The notes: generated by a model from the letters alone, not told the origin. A stretch of DNA of 64,000 nucleotides from an uncultured Gemmatimonadaceae bacterium (GCA_963829055.1 CAWHHI010000006.1:1-64000), one strand, 5' to 3'. Positions 20,089 through 32,706 are shown, numbered from the stretch's first letter. Made by a program: numbers and translations.

Positions 20089-21044
20089 GGCGCGCCGCTC
20101 GCGCGCAGCGGCGTGTCGGCGCGCCGCCCGAGACGCCATTCGCGCGCCGTCATCACGCGCTTGCCTTCAGGCTGCACGCGCACGACGCGCAACGTCGTGT
20201 CCTGCCCGCACGCAAGGACGATGGCGTCGCCGTCGAAGGCGACGACGCCGCCAGGGTCGACGCCGCCTGCCGGCGGCGCGTCGTCGACTGTCGCCTCGCG
20301 CACCATCGAGGCGCTGCCCGTCGACGAACGTGAACGCGCCTGGCCACGGCTGCATGCCGCGCACATGACAGTCGAGCGCGTGCGCAGGGCGCGTCCAGTC
20401 GATCAGCCCTTCCTGCTTCTCGATCTTCGGCGCCAGCGTGGCCAGCGCGTCGTCCTGCGGCTCTTCGATCACGGTCTCGCCGCGACCGAGCCGGTCGACG
20501 ACCTCGCGCAGCAGCAACGCACCGGACACCGCGAGGCGCTGTTCGAGCGAGCCCGTCGTGTCGTCCGGCTCGATCGGCACCTCGACACGGGCCAGCATCG
20601 CCCCGGCATCGAGCGCCAGCACGACCCGCATGATGGTCACGCCGCTGACCGCATCGCCATTCAGGATCGCGCGCTGAATCGGCGACGCACCGCGCCAGGC
20701 CGGCAGCAGCGACGCATGGACGTTGAGCAGGCCGAGCGGCGGGCAGATCCAGCAGCGCCTGCGGCAGCAGACGACCATACGCGGCGACCACGCCGAGGTC
20801 GGCGTTCCAGGCGCGGAATGCGTCGAGGAAATCCGGATCCTTCAGCTTCAGCGGCTGCAGGATCGGCACACCCGCAGCGGTCGCTCGTGCCTTGACGGGC
20901 GAGTCGGACACGTGCTGACCGCGTCCGCGCGGCGCGATCCGGCTGCGTGACCACGCCGACCACCTGGTGGTGCGAGGCCAGCAGCGCATCGAGTGTCGGC
21001 ACGGCGAACGCCGGCGTTCCGAAGAAGGCTATGCGGAGTGGCAT
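20085..21044 (-). CDS. fmt: methionyl-tRNA formyltransferase (frameshifted)
   Basis: [44 protein letters not shown]. Confidence 0.93.
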
Positions 21045-21061
21045 CGACGAGGCTCCGTGGT

Positions 21062-21572
21062 TCACCACTTGCCGGCGCGACGCAGGCGAGAGATGCGGCG
21101 CGTGAGTGCCCAGCGGTAGACCGGCCGCAGGCGATCGAGGAACAGGATGCCGTTCAGGTGATCGACCTCGTGCTGGATCGCGCGTGCGAGCAGACCCTCG
21201 GCGCGAATCTCCCGCACGTCGCCGTCACGATCCTGGGCCCGAACGGTCAGCCGCAGCGGCCGCGGCACCGTCGCCTCGATGCCGGGGACGCTCAGGCAGC
21301 CTTCTTCCTTGAGCTGGAGACCGTCCCTCTCGATGACGTCAGGGTTGATGAGCACGAGGAGTTGGTCCGACGCGGCGGCCTGCCGACAGATCGACGATGC
21401 AGACCTGCAGCGACTCACCGATCTGCGGCGCCGCCAGCCCGACGCCGGCCGCGCCGTGCATCGTCTCGCGCATGTCGTCGATGAGCGCGTCGATCTGCGG
21501 CGTGACGGCGGCGACGGGTGCGGCCCGCGTGTGCAGGACGGGTGCGCCGTAGCGCAGGATCGGCCGGCGCAT
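21062..21572 (-). CDS. def: peptide deformylase
   Basis: [27 protein letters not shown]. Confidence 0.95.
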
Positions 21573-21576
21573 GGCG

Positions 21577-22798
21577 TCACGCCTCGGCGGGTGCGGGGTG
21601 GAAACGCTGCTGCACCCGGGCCTCGGCGCGCGCGATCGCCGCCTTGATGTCGTCGAGCGTGTCCGCGCCGAAGCGCTCGAGCACGGCATCGGCGAGGACG
21701 AACGCCACCATCGCCTCGGCGACGACCGCTGCCGCCGGCACGGCACAGACATCGCTGCGCTCGATGGCGGCCGGTGACTCCTGCATGGTCTGCAGGTCGA
21801 CCGAACGCAGCGGCTTCATCAGCGTCGAGATCGGCTTCATGTAGCCGCTGATGCGCAGGTCTTCGCCGTTGGTGACGCCGCCTTCGAGGCCGCCGGCCCG
21901 GTTGGTCGGGCGGGCGACGCCCATGATGCGTGCCTCGCCACCGGCGGCCGGCAGGACGATCTCGTCGTGCACCTGCGACCCCGGCACCGACGCGACACCG
22001 ACGCCCTTGCCGATGCCGACGGCCTTGATCGCCGGGATCGACATCACGGCCTGCGCGAGGCGCCCATCGAGCTTGCGATCCCACTGGACGTAGGAGCCGA
22101 GCCCGGGCGGCAGGCCTCGCACGACGACCTCGAACGCCCCGCCGAGGGTGTCGCCCGCGGCGCGCGCGGCGTCGATGGCCTCGATCATCTGCTGCTGCAC
22201 CGCCTCGTCCACGCAGTGCAGCGCCGCCTCATCGTCGATCGCCGCGATCTGTTCGTAGGTCACGACGAGCGGATCGCCCAGGCGTCACCGCACCGAGCGT
22301 GAACACGTGACTGACGACGTGGATGTCGAGCGCGGCGAGGAACTGGCGGGCGAGCGCCCCGGCCGCGACGCGTGCGGCGGTCTCGCGGGCACTGGCGCGC
22401 TCGAGGATGTCGCGCATGTCGTCGCGGTCGTACTTCAGCGCGCCGGCGAGATCGGCATGTCCGGGACGCGGGCGGGTCACCGGAGCGCGCCTGGCGCCTG
22501 TCGCCTCGGCAGGCGCCTCGGCGCCGACGTGCATCGTCTGCTGCCAGTTCTTCCAGTCGCGATTGCGGATCAGCATGGCCACCGGGCTGCCGAGCGTGTG
22601 GCCCTTGCGCACACCGCTCAGGATCTCGGCCGTGTCCATCTCGATCTGCATGCGGCGACCGCGGCCGTAGCCGAGTTGCCGACGACGAAGGTCGCGGGCG
22701 AGGGCGTCCTGATCGATGGGAAGGCCGGCCGGGAGGCCTTCCACCGTCGACACCAGCGCCTGTCCGTGTGATTCACCTGCCGTGAGAAAACGCAGCAT
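21577..22798 (-). CDS. aroC: chorismate synthase
   Basis: [54 protein letters not shown]. Confidence 0.96.
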
Positions 22799-22982
22799 CA
22801 ACCGCCGATTCTACACGCGCCACAGCGTGGTGCTCGCGGTGCGGCGCGCGGTGGTACTTCCTGCGCCGCGCGGACCGCGGCGTCCTGCGCAGAATTCGCA
22901 CTCGCACGGCGCGTGCGCGCGCGAATCGCGCCGGATTGCCCTCGTCGAGCGTCTGGCGAGGCGCTTGCTCGGAACCGGCGGC

Positions 22983-25137
22983 ATGACACGGCCCGGCCGT
23001 CCGGTGCCGTTCGGCGCGCTCCGCTGCGGGCGGCTGCTCGAGACCGCGACGGGCCTGGTGGACCTGGCGACGGGGCGGCCTGCGCTACTGGCGAGCCGGC
23101 TGCTCGACCGGGACGGCGGCATCGGCGATGGACGCGCGCCCGCGCCGGGCAGTCGTCAGCTGACACGCAGGCACGTCGTGCTGGACGCCTGGCTGACGCA
23201 GGACTGGCTGGGCCGATGGATGGAGCGGTCGGTGACGATCGCGGCTGCCGAGCCAGCCGTGGGCGCCGCGGCTCCGCACCAGCGCCGGACGTGGCCGGAG
23301 CTGTCGCCCGCTGCCATCGGCGTGACGCGGACGACTGGCGCGGGCGGCTGGTGCCGCCGTGCCGCCGCCGCGCGCGCCGGCGGCTCGTGCCGGTGCTGGC
23401 GCCGATGGCTCGGCCGTGCTCGGCGCTGCGCCGGCGGCGCAGTGGCCGCCGCTGCTGATTGGCGGCACGGACGCGTCGCTGGCCGCAGACGCAGCGAGCG
23501 CGGAGTCGTGGGTCGAAGCGCGGCGGTCGGGTGTCGATGCTCGCCATGATCGAGCGGCCTCCCGAGGCCTGGATCGCCGACACGCCGCCGTCGCCTCGTC
23601 TGTCGCACACCGATGTGCGCGCCACGGCCGCACGTGGTCGAGCGGCCCACGCGCGACAACTGCGTCGTGCCCTGCGCGCGCTCGCACCGCGCGCCCGCGC
23701 TGTCCTTCGTTCGTCGCCATTCCGCCGTCTGCTGGAGGTCGTGATCGCATGACCCATCTGGAACTGCTCGACGTCAGTGCGCAGCTCGAGGAGGTTCGGC
23801 GCGACGAGGACGCGCTCGTCGTCGCCTGCCGGGCCGTGCGCCAGCACACGCAGGCCGACCACGCGGCCATTCTCGTGGCGCGCAACGACGAGACCGCGCC
23901 TGCTGGCGAGCGATGGGCCGCCGGGCGACTCGATCCTGGCCTGGCGGCAGCTCTGCCGGGCCGACGCGCCCGAGGCGCTGGCGTCCGCACGCGGATGGCA
24001 CGCGGCCGGCAAACACGCACTCGAGCACGACGCGTGCGTGTACGTCTGCGCGTGTTGGCCCAGTCGCGACGCCGGGCAGTCACGCCAGTCGCTGCTGACC
24101 GGTGTTCGCCAGGCTCGTGGCCGGTCGCGTCGACGTGCCGGCGCCGTCGTCCCGCGCCGCCGCACCGGGCCTCGAACAGACGCTCGTCGGCGACAGCGTC
24201 GTCATGCGCGACGTCCGCGCGCAGATCGCACTGGCGGCGCGCGCGCCATTCCCGGTGCTGATCCGCGGCGAGAGCGGCTGCGGCAAGGAACTCGCGGCGC
24301 GCGCGATTCACGCGCTCGGGCAGCGTCGCCACCGGCGGTGTGCGGCGATCAACTGCGCGGCGCTGCCCGACGAGCTGATCGAGTCGGAGTTGTTCGGCCA
24401 CGTGCAAGGGCGCGTTCACGGGCGCGGCTGCCGATCGCGCCGGGCTGTTCGACGAAGCGGATGGCGGCACGCTGTTTCTCGACGAGGTGGGAGAACTCGG
24501 TGGACGTGCCCAGGCCAAGCTGCTGCGCGTGCTGCAGGACGGCGAGGTGCGGCGAGTGGGCGAGAACCAGGCCCGTCGCGTCGACGTGCGGATCATCGCC
24601 GCGACCAACGTCTCGCTCGAAGAGGCCGTGCGCCGCGGCACCTTTCGGGCCGACCTGTTCTACCGCCTCGACGTCGTGCGGGTGCGGATGCCGGCACTGC
24701 GCGAGCGGCGCGACGACATCCCGATGCTGGCACGGCACTTCTGGCACGACTGCACCGCGCGCGTCGGCAGTCGGGCCCGCCTCGACGCGCGCGTCCTCGA
24801 GGCGCTCGCGCGGCATGACTGGCCCGGCAACGTCCGCCAACTGCAGAACACGCTGGCGGCGCTGGCGGTGCGCGTGCCGCCGCGCGGACGCGTCGCCGTC
24901 GACGACCTTCCGCCAGACGTCCGCGGCCCGCAGCCCTCGTCCTGCTACGCGGACCGGTCCGGCCTCGACGCCGCCCGACGCGAGTTCGAGGCAAGCTACG
25001 TTCGCGAGGCCCTGACCCGCGCCGGCGGACGCTCGTCACTCGCGGCCCGCGACCTCGGGCTGACGCGCCAGGGCCTCAGCAAGCTGGTGCGCCGGCTTGG
25101 CCTGGACGAGGAGGAGGCGGGCTCTCGACTACCATAG
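22983..25137 (+). CDS. sigma54-dependent Fis-family transcriptional activator (frameshifted; long unassigned N-terminus)
   Basis: [21 protein letters not shown], split [32 protein letters not shown]-terminal HTH. Confidence 0.85.
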
Positions 25138-25146
25138 CGGCCGCCC

Positions 25147-26107
25147 ATGCTGCGTTTCCTCACCCGGCGGTTGCTGCTCACCGTCCCCGTGCTGCTCGGG
25201 GTCGCGACGCTGGTGTTTGCGCTGATCCACCTGGTGCCCGGGGACCCGGCCGTGTCGATGCTCGGCGAGGCGGCCACGCCGGCCGACGTCGCCGCGCTGC
25301 GCGCCAAGCTGGGCCTGGACGACCCGCTGCCCGACGCAGTACGGCCGCTTCCTGTCCGATGCCGTGCGCGGACGTCTCGGCCAGTCGCTGCGGACCGGGC
25401 GCCCGGTGACGACCGAACTGTCGGAGAAGCTCGGCGCGACGGTGCTGCTGGCCGTGACGGCGATGGTCGTGGCGCTCGTCGTGGCGGTGCCGCTCGGCAT
25501 CATCGCGGCGGTGCGCGCCAACACGTGGGTGGACAACGTCGCGATGGCCCTCGCGCTGGTCGGGGTGTCGATGCCGAACTTCTGGCTCGGCCCGCTGCTG
25601 GCGCTGTTGTTCGGCGTCTACCTGGGCTGGCTGCCGATCTCGGGCCGCGGGCCGTCGGCCGAGTTCCTGATCGGGTCGGTGCCGCGCGTGCCACCGGCGT
25701 ACCTCGTGCTGCCTGCGCTCACGCTCGGCCTCGCGCTCGCGGCGATTCTGGCGCGGATGACGCGGGCGAGTCTCGTCGAGGAACTGAAGGAACTGTACGT
25801 GCGTGCGGCGCGGTCGCGCGGACTGTCCACGCGCCGGACGGTGTTGCGGCACGCGCTGCGGAACGGCCTGATTCCGATCATCACCATCGTCGGCCTGCAG
25901 TTCGGCGCGGTGCTGACCGGCACCATCATCACCGAGACGATCTTTGCGTGGCCGGGACTCGGCCGCCTGCTGATCCAGTCGATCCAGTTCCGCGACTACC
26001 CGATGGTGCAGGGCTGCATCCTGCTGATCGCCGTGACGTACGTGGCGGTCAACCTGCTCACCGACCTCGCGTACGGCCTGGCCGATCCGAGGATCCGCTA
26101 CGAATGA
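25147..26107 (+). CDS. peptide/nickel ABC transporter permease (DppB/OppB-like)
   Basis: IHLVPGDP, LGLDDPL, SMPNFWLG, RHALRN, ETIFAWPGLG, RDYPMVQG. Confidence 0.92.
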
Positions 26108-26901
26108 ACCTGCGGATCGGGCTCACGCTGGTGGTCGCTCGCCCTCGCGGCGGCGGTGCTCGGGCCGTGGCTCGTGCCTGCCGATCCGCGGGCGCAGGAG
26201 CTGGCGCTCCGCCTCGCCGGCCCGACGCTGGGCGCATCCGTTCGGCCTCGACGAACTCGGGCGCGACATCCTGGCCCGTCTCGTCGCCGGCGCGCGCGTC
26301 TCGCTGATCGTCGGCGTGTCGGTGGTGTCGGTGTCCGCGCTCGTCGGCCTCGTCGTCGGCGGCATCGCCGGCTACGCAGGCGGGTGGGCCGACACGCTGA
26401 TCGGACGCGTGATCGACGTGCTGATGGCGTTTCCCGGGATCCTGCTGGCGATCGCGCTCGTGGCGGCGCTCGGCCCGAGCCTGCGCAACGTGGTGATTGC
26501 GCTGGCGACGATCGGCTGGGTGGGCTATGCGCGCCTGGTGCGCGGCCAGGTGCTGAAGGCGCGCGAGTTCGAGTACGTGCAGGCGGCGCGCAGCCTCGGC
26601 GCCTCGGCGCCTCGCGTCCTGGTGCAGGCACGTGCTGCCGTTTGCCTATCCCGCCGTGCTCGTGCAGGCCACGCTCGGGATGGCCGGCGCGATCGTCGCC
26701 GAGGCGTCGCTGAGCTTCCTCGGCCTCGGCGTGCAGCCGCCGACGCCGAGTTGGGGCGCGATGCTCGACGCCGGCCGCAGTCACCTGATCGATGCGCCGC
26801 ACCTGACCATCTTCCCGGGCCTGGCCATCGCCCTGCTGGTGCTCGGCTTCAATTTCCTCGGCGACGGCCTGCGGGACCGGATCGACCCGGCGCCGAAGTG
26901 A
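26104..26901 (+). CDS. peptide ABC transporter permease (DppC/OppC-like)
   Basis: FGLDELGRDI, YARLVRGQVL, EASLSFLGLG..PPTPSWG, FNFLGDGLRD. Confidence 0.92.
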
Positions 26902-27028
26902 GCCGACGGTGCCGGTCCGGCTAGTCCAGGATGTCCGCTCCTGCCAGCGGAACAATTCACCAGTTGCGGTGTCCAACCTGACATCGGTACGCTCAGGAGG
27001 TGACTGCAGGGTGGCAGGGGAACTTTCG

Positions 27029-27622
27029 ATGAAGCCCGTCACGCTCGATTGGGCCGGCGTCAGTGACGCCGAGGCTGCCCTCGTCTCGCGATGCCTTGCC
27101 GGCGACGAACCGGCGTGCACCGAACTGGTCGAGAGCCATCAGCGCATGGTGTACCAGCTCGCCTTCCATCTCCTTGGCGACAAGGAGGAGGCGCTGGACC
27201 TGTCGCAGGACGTGTTCCTGACCGTCTTCCGGATGCTCGATCGGTTCCGCGGCCAGTCCGCCCTCCGCACCTGGATCTACCGCATCGTCGTCAACCAGGC
27301 ACGCAACCGGCAACGCTGGTGGCGCCGGCGCTTCCAGTCGGCGCAGGTGCCGCTCGACGTGCACGTGTCCGAGCACGGCGAGCTCGCGTCGCCACGCGAC
27401 GACTGCGGACCGGAGCGGTTGCTGCGACAGAAGGAACAGGCCGATCGCGTCTGGCAGGCGTTGCGCGACCTGCCGTTCGATCAGCGGACGGCCCTCATCC
27501 TGCGCGAAATCGACGGCCTCAGTTACGAGGAGATCGGGTACTCGCTGAACGTGGCGGTGGGAACGGTCAAGTCACGGCTGGCGCGTGCGCGCCAGCTGCT
27601 TCGGGCGGAGTTGCAGCAGTGA
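27029..27622 (+). CDS. ECF RNA polymerase sigma factor
   Basis: DLSQDVFL, TWIYRIVVN, LREIDGLSYEEI, GTVKSRLARAR. Confidence 0.93.
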   Translation: MKPVTLDWAGVSDAEAALVSRCLAGDEPACTELVESHQRMVYQLAFHLLGDKEEALDLSQDVFLTVFRMLDRFRGQSALRTWIYRIVVNQARNRQRWWRRRFQSAQVPLDVHVSEHGELASPRDDCGPERLLRQKEQADRVWQALRDLPFDQRTALILREIDGLSYEEIGYSLNVAVGTVKSRLARARQLLRAELQQ

Positions 27623-28424
27623 CCAGCCTGGATTCCTGTACGACCATCAAGGAGCAGTTGTCGGCGTTCCGCGACGGCGAGCTGCCTGTCGCGGAGAACC
27701 TCGACGTCGGCACAGCACCTGAATCACTGCGCGTCCTGCCGGCGCGCGCTCGACGAACTCGACGAACTCGGGCAACTCCTGCGTCACCAGGCGGCGGTGG
27801 TGTCGGCGGCCGTCGGCGACGAGCCGGTCGCGCACGGACTCGCCGGCGCGGTCGTGAGCCGCGTGCTGGCCGAGCAGGAGCAGTCGTGGCCGGTGCGGGT
27901 GCGCGACGCCTTCGACGACATGCACCTCGTGTGGGCGGGCCTGTGCGCCACGGCCGCCGTGGTCGTGTGCGCAGGGCTGGCCGCTGGCATCGTCCTGCTG
28001 GCCCCGGCCGCCGAACGCGCCGACTCGCTGCGCGCGATGGTGACGACGATGGCGATCGCCGGGCACCGACCTCGAGCCGTTGCCGCTCGCGCCAGGTATG
28101 GAGGCTCCGCGGGTGTCGGCCGAGGCGGTGATGCCGCTGATGCTCGCGAGCGATCTCACGCTGGCCACCGACCAGGACGTCGAACTGGCGATCTCCGGGG
28201 TCGTGACCCGCGAAGGGCGTATCGAGCAGACGCAGCAGCTCGAGGGCACGCCGAACCTGCAGCTGGTGCAGTCGCTGGAGGACGCCGCGCGCTTCCATCC
28301 GGCGAGTCGCGCCGGCAGCCCGGTGGCCGTGAGCCTGGTCTGGCTCGTGAGCCACACGACCGTGCGTCCGCCGATCATCAAGCCGCAGTCGGCGCACCGG
28401 GTCGCGCCCGACATCTCGACCTAG
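27619..28424 (+). CDS. zinc-finger (HxxxCxxC) anti-sigma factor with TM helix and TonB-C-like tail (frameshifted)
   Basis: LSAFRDGEL...HLNHCASC, TM segment, C-terminal VVTREGRI...ARFHPA...GSPVAV; overlaps sigma stop. Confidence 0.75.
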
Positions 28425-28442
28425 GCGGCGCGGCCGGTCCGG

Positions 28443-30679
28443 CTAGTTGCGCGGCTGCCGCGCTTTCTGCGCGCGCACTTCCAGCGTCGCGAGGTTGCCG
28501 AGGCTGTCGGTGGCCCGCAGCACGACCGGCCCGTCACCCAGCGTCGCCAGCGGAATGCTGAAGCGCTCGCGCAAGTCCGTCGAGTGCGCCGTCCACCGGG
28601 AACACCGGTCGCCACTGTCCGTTGCCGAGGAGTACGTCGACCCGGTCGAGAGTCGACGCTGCATCGGTGACCTCGAACGCGAGGTTGGCGCTCGACGCCG
28701 CTGTCCCGTCGTCGGCTGACCTGCACGGTCGGCGGCGTGTTGTCGATCGTCAGCGGCCCGCTCTCGCGCTCGCCCTGCAGGGCGGTCGCGTCCGGATTGG
28801 CGCGGTTGTCGGCGGCGATCACGCGCACGACGTAGCGACCGTCCGGCAGCAGTGACGTGTCCCACGCGTAGACCGTCCCCACCAGTTCGCGTGCCAGCAC
28901 GCGCCAGTCGTCGGCACCGACGCGACGCACCGCGACTTCGTAGCGCAGGTCGTCCTTGTCGGGATCGGTGGCTTCCCACTGGAAGGTCTGGAAGCCCTTC
29001 TGGTACAGCCGCCGGCCGACGGGCGCCGCCGTGGCCGTCGGCGTCGCCGCGGCGATGGCCTGATCGCGCGCCGGCGCCGGCGTCGTGGACAGGTATCCCG
29101 CGAGGTCGGGCGGTTCCTGCGTGGCATAGGGCTGCTGGAACACCACGCCCGGCGGGTGGATGGTGAGGCTGGTCAGGCGCGGCCGCTGGTTCCGCGGCAG
29201 GTACGTGAGCGTCACGTGATCGAGCACGGGCGCGCCGGCCAGATCGACCTTCCATTGCAGGTACCGCGCCGGTGGGCTGGCGATGCGCTGGACGCCTTCG
29301 TCGTCGCGGACCGGCACCCAGTCGGCCCACGTCTCGTCTGGCGTCGACGTGTTGCCGCTGCGTGTCGCGAAGGCGACGGTGCTGCCGGCCGGCCGCGTGC
29401 CTTCCCAGCGCAGCAGCCCCCAACTGGCGCCGGTCGTGGCGTCCTTGACCTCCGACGTGTAGCTGCCGGTCGGCGCCGCCGTACCCGCGAGTTCCAGGAT
29501 CTTGCCGGGGTTGGACGCCGTGACGAGGAAGCGGTCGCCGCGCGGCAGGATGCGCGTCAACTGCCGGCCCGGCACCTGCGCGATGCGAGCCGTGCGCACG
29601 GGGTCGCCGTCGAGCGCGTAGACGACGCCGTTGTCGGCCGACACGAGCAGGCGCCCCGACGCCGTCGGCAGCAGGTCGAACGGCAATTCGCCGGTCGCCT
29701 CCCAGTACGTGTCCACCAGGCCGTCGGCGCCGAGGCGGTAGACGGCGCCCTTGGCGCCACTGCCGCTCGCGCACTGAGCGAACTGCTGACGCTGGCCGCG
29801 GGCGACGCACTCACCGACGTCGAGTCGCCGATGGCGACGACGGTCACCTCCGTGCTGACCTGCGCGGTCGGCGTGGCGCTCGCGGCGCGTGGCGGGGCGA
29901 CGGCGCCGACGGCGTCGCGCCGGGCGAGACCGCCAGGATCCACGTCGTGCCGTTGGCGCCGGGCCGGATCGCCTGGACCTGCGAGTACGGGCCGTCGAGC
30001 AGGGCGAACGGCTTGCCGCCTGCGGGCACGCGATAGAGGCGTCCCGGGCTGTCGGTGCCGACCAGCACGTCGCCGGCGTCGTTCACCGACAGCGCGGTCA
30101 CGTTGGCCGCTGCGCTCTCGAAGATCCTCGTCGGCAGTGCCGCCGGTCCGCGGCAGCCGATAGACGCGCCCCTTGCCGCCGGTGGCCACGTACACCTGCT
30201 GCTGGCGGTCGACCGCGATCGCCCACACGTAGGTCTCCTCGGGATCGAAGAACACCGTGGCGGTGCCGTCCGGCGTGATGCGATACACCTTGCCGTCGGG
30301 CGACGTGCCGGCGAGCAGCGCGTCGCCGTGCCATGCCAGCGCGTGCACCTGCAGTTCCTCGCTGTCCCAGAACACGCGCGTCTTGTCGCCCGAGATCGCC
30401 ATCACCTGGCCATCGTTGCCGGTGCCGACGTAGAGCGTGCCGTCGGGCGCGGTCGTCGCCGTCCAGAGCGCCGGCGACGCGTCCTCGTGCAGCACCCGCA
30501 CCGCCGGACCGAGCGTGAGCCGACCATCGCGGGTCACCGCCACCTGCTCGCCGCGGCCGGCCATCCACTGGTCGCTGCTGCTGACTTCCCAGCGCGACGG
30601 GCCGGCGGCGCGCACGGGCAGCGAGACGACCGCCGCCACGGCGGCGATCGTCATGGAACACTCTGGACACATATGTCAT
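28443..30679 (-). CDS. secreted beta-propeller + FN3-like protein (frameshifted)
   Basis: Repeats DGTLYVGTGNDG, LLAGTSPDGKVY, YVWAIAVD; TRSGNTSTPDETW, PARYLQWK, DPDKDDLRY, LPDGRYVVRV, IDNTPP. Confidence 0.75.
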
Positions 30680-32574
30680 TTAGCGCTTACGGAACGATGG
30701 GAGTGATGGCGATGGTGCGCTGCCCGGTGGCGACGGCGTCGGCGGGGAGTTCCCACTCGCCGAGGACGTCCTGGTCCAGCGTGGTCGCGACCACGCCGGG
30801 AGCGGCGCCGAGCACCTGCATCACGCTGCCGGGCAGGGCCGGGAAGATCGCGGCCGTTGACGACCGAGCCCTGGGCCTGGCGGGTGAGGCGCACGTACCA
30901 GCGATCGCCCCGCCTGGCCTGGTTCAGCAGGCCGACGAGTTCGTCGACGCTGCGCGCCTGTTCCAGCGAGCGGCGTCGTCCCTCGAGCTGGGCGAGCGTC
31001 GTGCCGTCGATGACCTGCAACTGCAGCGTGCCGGTGGCGGTCGCCGGAATCGGCACCTGCAGCCGCTGCACCTGCGGCGCGCTGCGGAAGCTGCGCGTCT
31101 CGGTCATCAACGTGACCGTGTCGCCGGCGCGCGGGCGCGGCTCGGCGATCCAGGCGCGATCGAGGCGCGTCGATCGCTGCCGTTCGTCGGTGTCGACGTC
31201 GAGCGTGATCCGCCCGATCCTCGGCGTGCCGAGGTCGCTGCGGAGCACCGCGGCCAGCGGCGCGGCCAGTGACGCCGAGGCGGTGACGACGGCGCTGTCG
31301 CCGCCGAAGACGTTGTCCATGCGCAGCGTCGACGCGCCGATTTCGGCCGTGCCCTTCAGGCGGATGGTGGAGACGCCCACTTCGCGCTGGTAGGACTGCA
31401 GCACGTTGGCGACGGCGGCAAAGACGATCAGCGGCGAGAACAGCTGGTCCTCGGCGACCTCGAACGCGAACGAGCGCGACGTGCCGCCGTTGGCGCGCAT
31501 CGCGACGGTGAGCGGAATCGTGCGCGGCGCAGCGCCGAGCGTGCCGGCGATCGCCGTGGCGCGATCCTGATCCATCACGCCCATCACCTCGCCGAGCTGC
31601 GCGAGCTTGATGGAGTTGAGCAGGCTCGGAATCACCGCGACGACGTGCGCGCGCGTCATCGGCAGCTGCGCCGGGCCGAGGTTGAAGAAGGGATGGCCGA
31701 AGGCGAGCACGCGCGTGCCCTCGACGCTCGTCACCGTGCCGGTGGCGCCGAGCGACAGGTCGCCGCTCACGAGGCTGACGCCGATGGCATCACCGGGCTG
31801 CAAGCGGGGCAGCGGTCGCTGCGGCGCGCGCGGCTGCGGCGTCGGCCGTACGCCATGCCCGCGCCGCCCGACACCGGCGCGAAGCCGGCCGCCGCGAACG
31901 TGTCGGACAACCACGAACCGACCGGGGTGGAGAAGCCCGCCATCGACAGCGGCGTGGCGATCGGGCGAAGGACAGGGCTGCTGACCGTGTCGAGACCCAA
32001 TCCGCGCATCGAGGCAGGCGAGACGTTGACGCCGTCGCGGCCGGGCATCGACGCCAGGAACGCGTCGCGGAGCGCCTCGGCGGTCAGCGCCGTGTCGAGG
32101 GGCAAGGCGGCGACGCGGCGCGGCGCCGCCGTCGCGGACGCGGCCGTCGCGTCGGCCATCTCGGCGATCGGAGTGATGCCGGCGATGGGCGCCTTGGCGA
32201 ACTGGCCCATCGAGTACGCGACGGCGCCGACGAGGCGGCCGTCGATGTAGACCGGGCTGCCGCTCATGCCGGCGATCACGCCGGTGTTCTCGAGTCCGGC
32301 ACCTTCGAGACGCGCCAGGATGACCTGTCGCTTCGGCCCGATCACGCCGTCGAGCACGCCCAGGATGTGCGCCTTGAACGTGACGCGCTCGCCACCGTCC
32401 ATGCGCGTGACGCCCTCGGCCGACCTGTCCACGGCGAATCTCGGAGACGGGGAACGTCGTGCCGGCGGCCCTGACGGCCGTCGCCGAGACGGGCAGGTGC
32501 GCCGACCACGGCGCGCCGCAGAGGGCCAGCGCCAGGCTGGCGGCGAAGACGCCACGGAGCAGACGAGCAGTCAC
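30676..32574 (-). CDS. SpoIVB peptidase S55 domain protein (frameshifted)
   Basis: TGVIAGMSGSPVYIDGRLVGAVAY, AGITPI, GATGTVT, LAFGHPF; signal peptide. Confidence 0.85.
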   Translation of the reverse strand: MTARLLRGVFAASLALALCGAPWSAHLPVSATAVRAAGTTFPVSEIRRGQVGRGRHAHGRWRARHVQGAHPGRARRRDRAEATGHPGASRRCRTREHRRDRRHERQPGLHRRPPRRRRRVLDGPVRQGAHRRHHSDRRDGRRDGRVRDGGAAPRRRLAPRHGADRRGAPRRVPGVDARPRRRQRLACLDARIGSRHGQQPCPSPDRHAAVDGGLLHPGRFVVVRHVRGGRLRAGVGRRGHGVRPTPQPRAPQRPLPRLQPGDAIGVSLVSGDLSLGATGTVTSVEGTRVLAFGHPFFNLGPAQLPMTRAHVVAVIPSLLNSIKLAQLGEVMGVMDQDRATAIAGTLGAAPRTIPLTVAMRANGGTSRSFAFEVAEDQLFSPLIVFAAVANVLQSYQREVGVSTIRLKGTAEIGASTLRMDNVFGGDSAVVTASASLAAPLAAVLRSDLGTPRIGRITLDVDTDERQRSTRLDRAWIAEPRPRAGDTVTLMTETRSFRSAPQVQRLQVPIPATATGTLQLQVIDGTTLAQLEGRRRSLEQARSVDELVGLLNQARRGDRWYVRLTRQAQGSVVNGRDLPGPARQRDAGARRRSRRGRDHAGPGRPRRVGTPRRRRRHRAAHHRHHSHRSVSAK

Positions 32575-32667
32575 GGCTGAGGAGGCGGGCAAGATGGCTC
32601 GGTTATGACACGCGGTCCGAAGGGGGTCAAGCGAGCGCATGGCTCGCGTCATACCGTAGGACGATCG

Positions 32668-32697
32668 TTGACGCCGTTCGGACGACTCTGGTACGGT
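32668..32697 (+). promoter_or_regulatory. sigma70-type promoter of the aromatic amino-acid operon leader
   Basis: TTGACG (32668-73), 18-nt spacer ending in TGn, TACGGT (32692-97); 9 nt before leader ATG. Confidence 0.65.
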
Positions 32698-32706
32698 CTG
32701 CTGCAC

